Below, piece by piece: positions 17,287-27,318 of a stretch of DNA of 32,000 nt. A model generated the notes under the pieces. It ran no database searches. It was not told the origin of the DNA and was given only the letters and a program-made list of their open reading frames with translations. Source of the DNA: Delftia acidovorans NBRC 14950. GTDB lineage: Bacteria > Pseudomonadota > Gammaproteobacteria > Burkholderiales > Burkholderiaceae_C. The first letter of the stretch is position 1, and each line of letters opens with the position of its first letter. The position numbers and the translations under genes were made by a program. The stretch spans positions 30,001-62,000 of the forward strand of contig NZ_BCZP01000003.1 in the NCBI RefSeq assembly GCF_001598795.1, given 5' to 3'.

Positions 17287-17298
17287 GTTTACGTAAAC
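17287..17298. promoter_or_regulatory. Perfect 12-bp palindrome GTTTACGTAAAC in the etfBA promoter region (candidate operator)
   Basis: Lies 33-44 nt upstream of the etfB ATG. It overlaps the imperfect 7-2-7 repeat TTGACGT-TT-ACGTAAA (17282-17297) and is preceded by a tetranucleotide-periodic tract TGAT TGAT TGAT AGAT TGAC (17267-17286). Confidence 0.35.
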
Positions 17299-17372
17299 CG
17301 AAATCATTGTATGCGGCGCTGCAGCAGCTGCGGCAGGTTTCCCTGACGGCCGAGGGCCGCATGCGCGCTCAC

Positions 17373-17406
17373 AAAAAAGAACGATCGTGCCATTTTAAGC
17401 ACGACC
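17373..17406 (-). terminator. Rho-independent terminator after the MscS-family gene
   Basis: Minus-strand RNA: GGUCGUGC-UUAAAAUG-GCACGAUC (8 bp including one G-U), then GUUC and UUUUUU. Confidence 0.6.
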
Positions 17407-17463
17407 ATTGAGATTTCCTGCGGGGGAACAGCCTGAACTCAGGGTATGCACCTAGGAATAATC

Positions 17464-18753
17464 CTAGCTGCTTTTCTCTGCTGCCTGAGCCACCACGCCC
17501 CCGCGTTCGGTGATCTGTACCACCTGCTTGGGAACTGGCAGGCTCACGCCCGCCGCACGCAGGCCGCGCAGCACGGCGAGGTTCACCTCGGAGCGCACAT
17601 TGCCCTGACCATTTTGCGGGTCGTTGATGTAGTAGCTGAGACTGAACTGCAGACCCTGCTCGACAAAGTCGACCAGTGCCACCGAAGGCGCGGGCGTCTT
17701 GAGAACGCGCGGCTGCGCGGCTGCGGCATCGAGCAGGATGCCGCGCACCTGCTCCACATCGCTGTCCATGCCCACGACGATGTTGGTGGACAGGCCGAAC
17801 TTGACGTCGAATCCGGTGAGGTTCTCCACACGCTGGGTGATCAGCGTCTCGTTGGGCACGATGGATTCGCGGCCGTTGAGCGCGCGGATGATGGTGTAAC
17901 GCGTGCGGATGTCGGTAATGCGGCCCTCGAAGCCATCCACGCGCACGTTGTCGCCGATGCGCAGCGCGCGCTCGATCAGCACCAGAAAGCCGCTGACGTA
18001 GTTGGAGGCGATCTTCTGCATGCCGAAACCCAGGCCCACGCCGATGGCGCCGCCCATGACGGACAGCGCCGTCAGGTCCACGCCCACCATGGACAGCGAC
18101 ACCAGCAGCCCCACCAGAATCAGCACGCTGCGCGTGATGTTCATGGCCACCTTGCGCATGGACAGGTCGCTGACCCACTGGTTGATGACCTTCTGCTCGA
18201 ACAGCGTTGCCACCCACAGCACGGCCACCATCATCAGGCCCGCCGACAGCGTGCCCTCGATCAGGTTGAGCAGGCTGACCGGCGTCTTGCCGATGTTGAA
18301 CTGCAGGGCCTCCAGCTCCTCCATGACCTGCGGCAGCAGGCCGATGCTGTGCAGCACGGCCGCGCCCCAGGCCAGCCAGGAAAAAATGCGCTCGATCAGG
18401 CGCACCACGGTGGAATTGGGGAAGGTCCGGCTGAGCACCCGCGCCACGAAGCGGATCACCGACAGGGACACCAGCAGCGACACGGCCACGCGCAACCAGA
18501 ACACCGTGGAAAACCGCGCCAGGATCTCCTGGCTGGTGAAGACCAGCACCAGCGCCAGCAGCGGGAACAGGGCGCCATCGAGCGCATGGCGGCCTATCCA
18601 TACGGAGGGCTTCCCATCGTTGAGATGGCCGTAACGCGCATGCAGGCCGCGCATGGCGCCGTAGGCCAGCAGCAGGCAGGCGATGAGCACGGAGAACTCC
18701 AGCCAGGCGCTGGAGCTTTGGAAGTCGTTGATGAGCTTGTCGAAGATGTCCAT
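17464..18753 (-). CDS. Mechanosensitive ion channel (MscS family) protein
   Basis: Track ORF, 429 aa. N-terminal TM helices followed by the MscS core GGAIGVGLGFGMQKIASNYVSGFLVLIERALRIGDNVRVDGFEGRITDIRTRYT.IR..NG.E.IVPNE. Confidence 0.9.
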   Translation of the reverse strand: MDIFDKLINDFQSSSAWLEFSVLIACLLLAYGAMRGLHARYGHLNDGKPSVWIGRHALDGALFPLLALVLVFTSQEILARFSTVFWLRVAVSLLVSLSVIRFVARVLSRTFPNSTVVRLIERIFSWLAWGAAVLHSIGLLPQVMEELEALQFNIGKTPVSLLNLIEGTLSAGLMMVAVLWVATLFEQKVINQWVSDLSMRKVAMNITRSVLILVGLLVSLSMVGVDLTALSVMGGAIGVGLGFGMQKIASNYVSGFLVLIERALRIGDNVRVDGFEGRITDIRTRYTIIRALNGRESIVPNETLITQRVENLTGFDVKFGLSTNIVVGMDSDVEQVRGILLDAAAAQPRVLKTPAPSVALVDFVEQGLQFSLSYYINDPQNGQGNVRSEVNLAVLRGLRAAGVSLPVPKQVVQITERGGVVAQAAEKSS

Positions 18754-18845
18754 GGGTCAGGGCCGTTCCGCCGCAAGGGCGCAGGCCGCCATCATCGCGC
18801 AGATCCAGGACAGGCCGACCGGACCGGGACCTACATGCAGGTCGG

Positions 18846-19655
18846 TCAGCGGCCCGTCTTCCAGGCCGGTTCGCGCTTGGCGGCGAAGGCCTGGGCGCCC
18901 TCCTGGGCGTCGGCATCCATCATGTTGGCGGCCATGGTCTGGCCGGCCAATTGGTAGGCCGCCTCGATGCCCATCTCGCGCTGCCGGTAGACCAGGGCCT
19001 TGCCCATGGCCACGGCCGCACGGGGCTTGCTGACGATGGACTGCACGAAGTGCTCGACGGCATCGTCCAGCGCCTCCTCGGCCACCACGCGGTTGACCAG
19101 GCCCTGCTCCAGCGCCTGCTGCGCGTCGATGAAGTCGCCCGTGAGCAGCATCTCCATGGCCTGCTTGGCCGGCACGTTGCGCACCAGCGGCACGCTGGGG
19201 GTGGCGCAGAACAGGCCATAGTGGATGCCGCTGGTGGCAAAGCGTGCCGCCTGCGCAGCAACGGCCAGATCGCACTGGGCCACGAGCTGGCAGCCTGCCG
19301 CCGTGGCAATGCCGTGCACGCGCGCGATCACGGGAACGGGCAGCCGGTGGATGGACAGCATCATGCGGCTGCACTGGGCGAACAGCTTCTGGTAGTAGTC
19401 CAGCTGCGGATGGGCCGCCATGTCCTTGAGGTTGTGTCCGGCGCAAAAAGCCTTGCCGGCCGCAGCCAGCACGACCACGCGCACGGACTCGTCGCGCGCC
19501 ACGTCGTCCAGGGCCTGCTGCAGCTGCGTGAGCATCTGCTCGCCCAGGGCATTGAAGCGCTGCGGGTCGTTGAGCGTGAGGCGCACGACGCCGCGCGCGT
19601 CGCGCTGCACGTCGAGCAGGGGGCTGGCTTCAGAAGGATTGGTGCTCGCGTTCAT
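18846..19655 (-). CDS. Enoyl-CoA hydratase/isomerase (crotonase) family protein
   Basis: Inside track ORF 18846..20051. Start at MNASTNPSEASPLLDVQRDARGVVRLTLN (ATG 19655). 269 aa. LAAAGKAFCAGHNLKDM and ARVHGIATAAGCQLVAQCDLAVA are crotonase oxyanion-hole regions. Confidence 0.9.
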   Translation of the reverse strand: MNASTNPSEASPLLDVQRDARGVVRLTLNDPQRFNALGEQMLTQLQQALDDVARDESVRVVVLAAAGKAFCAGHNLKDMAAHPQLDYYQKLFAQCSRMMLSIHRLPVPVIARVHGIATAAGCQLVAQCDLAVAAQAARFATSGIHYGLFCATPSVPLVRNVPAKQAMEMLLTGDFIDAQQALEQGLVNRVVAEEALDDAVEHFVQSIVSKPRAAVAMGKALVYRQREMGIEAAYQLAGQTMAANMMDADAQEGAQAFAAKREPAWKTGR

Positions 19656-19672
19656 GGTGCTCCAGATCCGGT

Positions 19673-20626
19673 TCAGAGGTCGGCCAGCACGCGCACGTGC
19701 GCTTCCACGCTGCGCGCAAGCGGCCCCATCACATAGCCGCCTTCCAGGCAGGAGACGATACGCCCCTTGGAAAAGCGCCGCGCGATGTCCTTGATGCGCG
19801 AGGTGATCCAGGTGAAGTCCTGCTCGGTCATGCCCAGCTGGCCCATGTCGTCCTCGCGGTGGGCGTCGAAGCCGGCGCTGATGAAGATCAGCTCGGGCTT
19901 GAAGGCCTCCAGGCGCGGAATCCACATCATCTCGACGATTTCGCGGATGTCCATGCCCTTGGTATAGGCGGCCACCGGCACGTTGACCATGTTGGCGGCC
20001 GGATGCTGGTCGCCGCTGAAGGGATAGAACGGGTGCTGGAAGATGCCGCACATGAGCACGCGGTCATCGCCGGAGAGGATGTCCTCCGTGCCGTTGCCGT
20101 GGTGCACGTCGAAATCGATCACGGCCACGCGCTTGAGGTGGTGGCGGCTGAGCGCGTACTTCACGCCCACGGCCACGTTGTTGAAGAAGCAAAAGCCCAT
20201 GGCCTGGTGGCGCGTGGCATGGTGGCCCGGCGGGCGCACGGCGCAAAAGGCGTTCTCCAGCTCGCCGGCCATCACCGCATCGGTGGCCGCCAGCGCGGCG
20301 CCGGCCGCATGCAGGGCGGCCGAGAAGGTATGGCTGTTGATGGAGGTGTCGGTATCGATCTGGGAGTACTCGGGGCCGCCGGCCTGCTGCTCCTCAACCA
20401 GGCGCTGTGTCAGGCCCTGCAGCGCGGCCACATGCATGCGGTCATGGGCCAGTTCGATGTCGGCCAGCGAGGCCTGGGGGGCCTCGTGCCGCTCCAGCGC
20501 ATCGGCCACGCCGGTCACCAGCAGCCGGTCCTCGATGGCGTCGAGCCGGGCCGGGCATTCCGGGTGCCCCGGCCCCATCTCATGCCGCCAGCACTCCCTA
20601 TGGGTGAAATAACCCGTCTTGCCCAC
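19673..20626 (-). CDS. Histone deacetylase-family (HDAC/AcuC/Aph-like) Zn-dependent deacetylase
   Basis: Track ORF, 317 aa, GTG start with GGAGA 7 nt upstream. RPPGHHA, DFDVHHGNGT and EGGY motifs of the arginase/deacetylase fold are present. Its stop lies 17 nt before the enoyl-CoA hydratase start. Confidence 0.9.
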   Translation of the reverse strand: MGKTGYFTHRECWRHEMGPGHPECPARLDAIEDRLLVTGVADALERHEAPQASLADIELAHDRMHVAALQGLTQRLVEEQQAGGPEYSQIDTDTSINSHTFSAALHAAGAALAATDAVMAGELENAFCAVRPPGHHATRHQAMGFCFFNNVAVGVKYALSRHHLKRVAVIDFDVHHGNGTEDILSGDDRVLMCGIFQHPFYPFSGDQHPAANMVNVPVAAYTKGMDIREIVEMMWIPRLEAFKPELIFISAGFDAHREDDMGQLGMTEQDFTWITSRIKDIARRFSKGRIVSCLEGGYVMGPLARSVEAHVRVLADL

Positions 20627-20668
20627 AGTGATGTCTCCGCGATGTTTTTTTTAGGATAACGTCGCGCC

Positions 20669-21588
<920 letters not shown>

Positions 21589-21589
<1 letters not shown>

Positions 21590-22623
21590 TGCCGGCCGCC
21601 CCCGCGTCTTCGCCCGGCGCCCCCCAGCCGGGGGCATCGCTGCGCCAGCGCTGGTCTCCCGCGCGGCGCGTGCGCCAGTGGTGGCATGCCCGCCTGCCCC
21701 GCACGGACAGCCTGAAGCTGACCCAGCGCAATGTCTACATCATGCCGTCGCGTGCAGGCTGGGCCCTGGCGCTGACGCTGTGCGTGCTGCTGGTGGCCGC
21801 CATCAACTACCAGCTCAACCTGGGCTATCTGCTGACGTTCCTGCTGGCCGGCAGCGCGGCAGCGGGCATGGTGGTCGGCCACGGCAATCTGCGCGGCTTG
21901 GCGCTGCATCTGCTGCCGCCGGCCGGCAGCTTTGCCGGCCAGCCCTGCCGCTTCGACGTGGTGCTGCACAACACGCGCCGCAGCACGCGTTGGGGCATAG
22001 GCCTTGCCGTGCAAGCCGATACGGCGGCCACCGACTGGACCTGGATCGATGTCCCGGCACAGGGCAGCACCACGGCGCAACTGGCTTTCACGCCACTGCG
22101 CCGGGGCCTGCAATCGCTGCCCACGATCACGGCGGCCACACGCTACCCGCTGGGCACCTTCCGCGTCTGGGCGCTGTGGCGCGCGCAGACCCAGGCCTGG
22201 ATCTACCCGGCGCCCGAACACAATCCCCCGCCCCTGCCTGCGGCCAGTGCCGATGCCGGCGGCCGCAGCGCGGCCTCCACGCGCCACGGCGACGAGTTCG
22301 ATGGCGTGCGTGCCTACCGGCGCGGTGATGCGCTCAAGCTGGTGGTCTGGAAAAAGGCCGCCCAGGCCTTTGCCACGGGCAGTGACCAGCTGGTGAGCCG
22401 CGACCGCCCGCTGTCCCAGCAGCACCGCCTGTGGCTGGACGCCAAGGCCACCGGCCTGGCCGACCCCGAGGCCCGCCTCAGCCGCCTGACCGCCTGGGTG
22501 CTGGTCGCACGCCAGCAGGACCTGACCTGGGGCCTGCGCCTGCCCGACGGCCGCGAGATCGCCCCCGACCAGGGCGCGGCCCACGCCACGCTCTGCCTGG
22601 AAGCCCTGGCGGCCTGCCCATGA
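21589..22623 (+). CDS. DUF58 domain-containing protein (MoxR partner)
   Basis: Inside track ORF 21373..22623. Start ATG 21589 overlaps the moxR TGA (TGATG). Two N-terminal TM helices (GWALALTLCVLLVAAINYQLNLGYLLTFLLAGSAAAG) and the DEFDGVRAYRRGD motif typical of DUF58. Confidence 0.85.
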
Positions 22624-24800
22624 ATCGCACGTCCATGCCCTCCTCCTTCCAAGCCATTGCGCAGCCCGCGGCCACCTGGCGCCAGCGCCTGGCCGCCCTG
22701 CCGCGCGATGCGCGCGACACCCTGTTCCTGCTGGCCGTGGTCGCCTGGGTGCTGATGCCCCAGGCCGCCCACACGCCCTGGTGGACCATGGTCTTCGTGG
22801 CCGGCCTGCTGCTGTGGCGCGGCCTGCTGGCCTGGCGCGGCCAGCCCCTGCCCGGCCGCTGGGTGCTGGGTGGATTGCTGCTGCTGGCCGTGGGCGCCAC
22901 CTGGGTCTCGCACGGCACCTTTATCGGGCGCGATGCGGGCGTGACCCTGATCGTGCTGCTGCTGGCGCTCAAGACGCTGGAGCTGCGCGCCCGGCGCGAT
23001 GCCATGGTGGTGTTCTTCCTGGGCTTCTTCGCGCTGCTGGCCAACTTCTTCTACTCGCAATCCCTGCTGCTGGCCCTGGCCATGGTGCTGGGCCTGCTGG
23101 GCCTGCTCACGGCCCTGGTCAATGCCCACATGACCGCCGGCCGCCCGCCGCTGACGCAGGCGCTGCGCACGGCAGCCCTGCTGGCGCTGTGGGGTACGCC
23201 GGTGATGGTGGCGCTGTTCCTGTTCTTCCCGCGCATGGCGCCGCTGTGGGGTGTGCCTAGCAACGACCTGGCCGGCCGCAGCGGCCTGTCGGAAAACATG
23301 CGCGTGGGCTCCATGGCCTCGCTGGTGCTGGACGAGAACGTGGCCCTGCGCCTGCGCTTCGATACGCCCGATGGTGCTCCTCCGCCGGCCAACACCCTGT
23401 ATTTCCGGGGACCCGTTCTGTCGCGCTTTGACGGACAGGAATGGCAGATGGACACAGAGGCTGGGCTGGACAGCGCCCAGTTGCGCGTATCGGGCGAAGG
23501 CGTGCGCTACCAGATGACCATAGAGCCCAGCCGCCGCCCCTGGCTGACCATGCTCGACGCCACGCCCCAGCCCCCCGAACTGCCCCAGGGCATGGGCAGC
23601 GCCCGCATGACGCCCCAGCTGCAATGGCTGGCCTGGCGCCCCATCACCGACGTGGTGCGCATCAGCGCCCAAAGCCATGTGCAGTTCAGCTACGGGCCGC
23701 TGCAGCCCACGCGCGCCCTGCGCCGCTACACCCAGCTGCCCGAAGGCAGCAACCCGCGCACGCTGGCGCTGGCCCGGCAGATGCGCGCCGACCCGCAACT
23801 GGCCGACGCCCCGCCCCGCGCCTGGGTACAGGCCGCGCTGGCGCGCCTGCGCACGGGAGGCTACACCTACACGCTGGAGCCCGGCGTGGTGGACAGCGTG
23901 CACACGGCCGATGACTTCTGGTTCGACAGCAAAGAGGGATTCTGCGAGCACATCGCCTCGGCCTTCGCCGTGCTGATGCGCGGCATGGGCGTGCCTGCCC
24001 GCATCGTCACCGGCTACCAGGGCGGCGAGCGCAACCCTGTCGATGGCTACTGGACCGTGCGCAACGCCGACGCCCACGCCTGGACCGAGGTCTGGCTGGA
24101 GGACGAGGGCTGGGTGCGCATCGACCCCACCGGCGCCGTGGCTCCGTCGCGCGTGGGCGAGTTCCAGCGCCTGCGCGCGCCCCAGGGTGCCATTGCGGGC
24201 GCCGTGGGCAACTTCGTGGGCGTGGGCATGCTGCAGCAGATGCGCGCCGTGTGGGAGGCCGTCAACAACGGCTGGAACCAGTGGGTGCTGAACTACACGC
24301 AAAGCCGCCAGCTGGACCTGCTCAAGAACCTGGGCGTGCAGTCGCCATCGTGGGTGGACATGCTGCGCCTGCTGGGCGCGCTGGCCGGCGTGGCCGCACT
24401 GGCCTGGCTGGCCTGGATGGCACGCGCCCAGCGCAACAGCCGCGATGAATGGCTGCGCCTGATGGACAGGACCCGCGCCCGGCTGCGGCGCATCGGCCTG
24501 GATGCCGATGCCAGCCTGCCCCCGCGCGCGCTGGCAGCCCAGGTCATGGACCGCTGGGGCCAGGACGACGCCACGGCCGCCAAGGCCCTGCACGACTGGC
24601 TTTTGGACATGGAGCGCCAGCGCTACGCACGCGCCCCCCAATCCGTCCCCCTATACGCACCCCAGTCCGCACCCAAATCCGCACCCGACACCCCCGGCCT
24701 GCCCGCCCTGCGACGCCAATGGCGGGCGCTGGACTGGCCACGCACTCCGCAGCCACGGCCACAAGCCGCCGCTGCCGGCCCCACGACAAGCACACCATGA
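22620..24800 (+). CDS. tgpA: Transglutaminase TgpA-like membrane protein (DUF3488 N-terminal TM domain plus transglutaminase core)
   Basis: Inside track ORF 22431..24800. Start ATG 22620 overlaps the DUF58 stop (ATGA). Multi-helix N-terminal domain. Cys-His-Asp transglutaminase core: GFCEHIASAFAVLMRGMGVPARIVTGY (Cys codon 23942-23944) and DAHAWTEVWLEDEGWVRIDPT. 726 aa. Confidence 0.88.
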   Translation: MNRTSMPSSFQAIAQPAATWRQRLAALPRDARDTLFLLAVVAWVLMPQAAHTPWWTMVFVAGLLLWRGLLAWRGQPLPGRWVLGGLLLLAVGATWVSHGTFIGRDAGVTLIVLLLALKTLELRARRDAMVVFFLGFFALLANFFYSQSLLLALAMVLGLLGLLTALVNAHMTAGRPPLTQALRTAALLALWGTPVMVALFLFFPRMAPLWGVPSNDLAGRSGLSENMRVGSMASLVLDENVALRLRFDTPDGAPPPANTLYFRGPVLSRFDGQEWQMDTEAGLDSAQLRVSGEGVRYQMTIEPSRRPWLTMLDATPQPPELPQGMGSARMTPQLQWLAWRPITDVVRISAQSHVQFSYGPLQPTRALRRYTQLPEGSNPRTLALARQMRADPQLADAPPRAWVQAALARLRTGGYTYTLEPGVVDSVHTADDFWFDSKEGFCEHIASAFAVLMRGMGVPARIVTGYQGGERNPVDGYWTVRNADAHAWTEVWLEDEGWVRIDPTGAVAPSRVGEFQRLRAPQGAIAGAVGNFVGVGMLQQMRAVWEAVNNGWNQWVLNYTQSRQLDLLKNLGVQSPSWVDMLRLLGALAGVAALAWLAWMARAQRNSRDEWLRLMDRTRARLRRIGLDADASLPPRALAAQVMDRWGQDDATAAKALHDWLLDMERQRYARAPQSVPLYAPQSAPKSAPDTPGLPALRRQWRALDWPRTPQPRPQAAAAGPTTSTP

Positions 24801-25975
24801 CCAAGCAACGACTGATCCCCTCCGCCCTGCTGCTGCTTGCGGCCGCCGCCCTGCCCTGCGGCGCGCTGGCCAGCAAGCCGGCGCCCGCCCAGACCGGCGC
24901 AGCCAAGACTGCCGCCAAGTCCACGGCCAAACCTTCCACGAAAAAGCGCACGGCCGCTGCTGCCGCCGCCACGGCCGCTGGCGGCGCCGCCGTGGCCAGG
25001 ACCGTGCAGGGCAGCACGCCCTACGGAGAACGGCCTGATGCCATGCAAATGGCCGCCGACATTGCGATGCGCCACGACCTGCCGGTGGACTGGGTGCGCG
25101 ACACCATCGCCCAGGCGCGCTTTCTGCCCCAGGTTCCCCGCCTGATGACGCCGGCTGCCCAGGGCACGGCCAAGAACTGGGGCGTCTACCGCAGCCGCTT
25201 TGTCGAGCCCGTGCGCATACGCGCCGGAACCCGCTTCTGGCAGGCCAATGCCGCCGCGCTGGCGCGTGCCGAAAAGCAGTATGGTGTGCCGGCCGAAATC
25301 ATCGTCGGCATCATCGGCGTGGAGACCATCTACGGCCAGCAGATGGGCAACTTCCGCGTGATCGACGCCCTGGCCACGCTGAGCTTCGACTTCCCCGCAG
25401 CCCACCCCCGCGCGCAGGCACGCACCGAGTATTTCCGCGGCGAGCTGGAGCAGTTCCTGCGCTTCACGTACCGTGCGGGCACGGACCCGTTCTCGCTGCG
25501 CGGCAGCTACGCGGGTGCCATGGGCATGGGCCAGTTCATGCCCAGCAGCTGGGTGAAGTGGGCGGTGGACTTCGACGGCGACGACCGCATCGACCTGTTC
25601 GGCAGCGCGGCCGACGCCATCGGCTCGGTGGCCAACTACTTTGTCGCGCATGGCTGGAAAAGCGGCATGCCCACCCACTACCCTGTGATCATGCAGGCCC
25701 AGGGCGCCGACCTGGCCGCCCTGCTGGCGCCCGACATCCTGCCCCAGTTCACGGCCGACGAGATGGCTGCGCGCGGCGTACAGCTGCCGGGCGGCGGCGC
25801 GGCGCATCAAGGGCCGCTGGCCCTGGTCAAGCTGGAAAACGGCGCGCAGGGCCAGCCGCTGTACATCGCGGGCACGGAGAACTTCTATGCCATCACGCGC
25901 TACAACTGGTCCAGCTACTACGCGCTGTCCGTGATCGAACTGGGCCAGGAAGTCGCGGCAGCCATGGGCCGCTGA
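24797..25975 (+). CDS. mltB: Lytic murein transglycosylase B family protein
   Basis: Inside track ORF 24449..25975. Start ATG 24797 overlaps the tgpA stop (ATGA). Signal peptide MTKQRLIPSALLLLAAAALPCGALA. Catalytic block YGVPAEIIVGIIGVETIYGQ, later GAMGMGQFMPSSW and NFYAITRYN.S..YA, typical of MltB/Slt35. Confidence 0.88.
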   Translation: MTKQRLIPSALLLLAAAALPCGALASKPAPAQTGAAKTAAKSTAKPSTKKRTAAAAAATAAGGAAVARTVQGSTPYGERPDAMQMAADIAMRHDLPVDWVRDTIAQARFLPQVPRLMTPAAQGTAKNWGVYRSRFVEPVRIRAGTRFWQANAAALARAEKQYGVPAEIIVGIIGVETIYGQQMGNFRVIDALATLSFDFPAAHPRAQARTEYFRGELEQFLRFTYRAGTDPFSLRGSYAGAMGMGQFMPSSWVKWAVDFDGDDRIDLFGSAADAIGSVANYFVAHGWKSGMPTHYPVIMQAQGADLAALLAPDILPQFTADEMAARGVQLPGGGAAHQGPLALVKLENGAQGQPLYIAGTENFYAITRYNWSSYYALSVIELGQEVAAAMGR

Positions 25976-26002
25976 TCCGGGCCATCCAAACCGTCGAGGC
26001 CG

Positions 26003-27313
26003 TCAGGGCCGCCGCATGCGGCACATCGCAGGCTGCTCGGCACGCGCCGCCTCGATCTCTCGCACCACGCGGAAGCCGTAGCCCGAGCCCTCCACATCGA
26101 AGGGCACGCCGGGCGCGCCCTGCCTGTCCATGACACCGACCACCAGCGCCTGCTGGAACTGGTGGTCGGCCGCGCGCATGCGGCCCTTGCGCCCGGCCAG
26201 CGCCACCTCGGCGCCTTCCAGCGCCTGCGCCACGGCCACCGTGTCGGTGCTGCCCGCACGCGCCATGGACTGGGCCAGGGCCTCGATCATCAGCTGCATG
26301 CGCATGTGCACATAGTCATCGGCAGGCCTGGGAAAGCGCTCGCGGAATGACTTGTAGAAGGCCTGGCTGTCGGGGCCCGGCACGTTGGGCAGCCAGTCGG
26401 CCACGGCCAGCACCTTGCCCACGCCGGCCTCGCCCAGGGCGGCTGGCGCGCCCAGCGCATTGCCATAGAAGGTGTAGAAGCGGCCGTCAAAACCCGCCTC
26501 CCGCGCGGCCTTGACCAGCAGCATCAGATCGTTGCCCCAGTTGCCCGTGATCACGGCCTGGGCGCCACTGGCCTTGATCTTGGCGGCATAGGGCGCAAAG
26601 TCCTTGACGCGGCCCACGGGGTGCAGCTCGTCGCCCACGATGGCCACATCGGGCCGCTGCGCGGCCAGCTGGCGCCGTGCTTCGCGCAGCACGGCCTGGC
26701 CAAAGCTGTAGTCCTGCCCGATCAGGTAGGCGCTGCGCACGGCCGCGTCCTCGCGCAGCACCTGCATCAGCGCGGCCATGCGCATGTCGGCATGGGCGTC
26801 GAAGCGAAAGTGCCAGAAGCTGCAGCGCTCGTTGGTGAGCGCAGGATCGACGGCCGAGTAGTTCAGGTACAGCACGCGCCGGGCCGGATCGCGCTCGTTG
26901 TGCTTGGCAATGGCATCGACCAGCACGGCCGCCACGGCCGAAGAATTGCCCTGCATGACCACGCGCGCACCGCCGTCGATGGCTGCGCGCAGCGCGGACA
27001 GCGCCTCCTCGTTCTGGCCCTTGCTGTCATGGCGTTCGATGGCCAGGGGCCGGGCGCCGCCCTGCGCGGCCGGCAGTGGCACACCGCCGCGCGCATTCAC
27101 GCGCTCGGTGGCCCACAACAGGTTGCGGAACACGGCCTCGCCCGTATTGGCGAAGGGGCCGGACAGGCTTTCGATCAGCGCCAGCCGTATGGGCTCGCCA
27201 AGCGGCGGGGGCACGGGCTGTCCGCGTTCGTTTGCGGCCAGGGCCGCCAGCACGGGCGCAGCAAATAGCGCCATGGCACCGCTTTTCAAGACCTTGCGGC
27301 GCAATTTATTCAT
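26003..27313 (-). CDS. ABC transporter periplasmic substrate-binding protein, LivK/amide-urea type (orphan)
   Basis: Track ORF, 436 aa. Signal peptide MNKLRRKVLKSGAMALFAAPVLAALA, then IRLALIESLSGPFANTGEAVFRNLLWATERVNARGG, type I PBP fold family. No cognate permease or ATPase gene adjacent. Confidence 0.85.
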   Translation of the reverse strand: MNKLRRKVLKSGAMALFAAPVLAALAANERGQPVPPPLGEPIRLALIESLSGPFANTGEAVFRNLLWATERVNARGGVPLPAAQGGARPLAIERHDSKGQNEEALSALRAAIDGGARVVMQGNSSAVAAVLVDAIAKHNERDPARRVLYLNYSAVDPALTNERCSFWHFRFDAHADMRMAALMQVLREDAAVRSAYLIGQDYSFGQAVLREARRQLAAQRPDVAIVGDELHPVGRVKDFAPYAAKIKASGAQAVITGNWGNDLMLLVKAAREAGFDGRFYTFYGNALGAPAALGEAGVGKVLAVADWLPNVPGPDSQAFYKSFRERFPRPADDYVHMRMQLMIEALAQSMARAGSTDTVAVAQALEGAEVALAGRKGRMRAADHQFQQALVVGVMDRQGAPGVPFDVEGSGYGFRVVREIEAARAEQPAMCRMRRP

Positions 27314-27318
27314 GGCTT

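Noticed and set aside
24797-24875. Possible lipoprotein signal (LPCG) in the MltB N-terminus, which would make it a membrane-bound MltB.
   Set aside because: L-P-C does not fit the lipobox L-[AS]-[GA]-C. An ordinary signal peptidase I site (ALA-SK) follows, so a soluble Slt35-like periplasmic form is equally likely. Left undecided.
25976-26002. Only 27 nt separate the convergent mltB and binding-protein stop codons, with no hairpin.
   Set aside because: Noted as the absence of an intrinsic terminator, so termination is possibly Rho-dependent or transcripts overlap. There is no positive signal to report.
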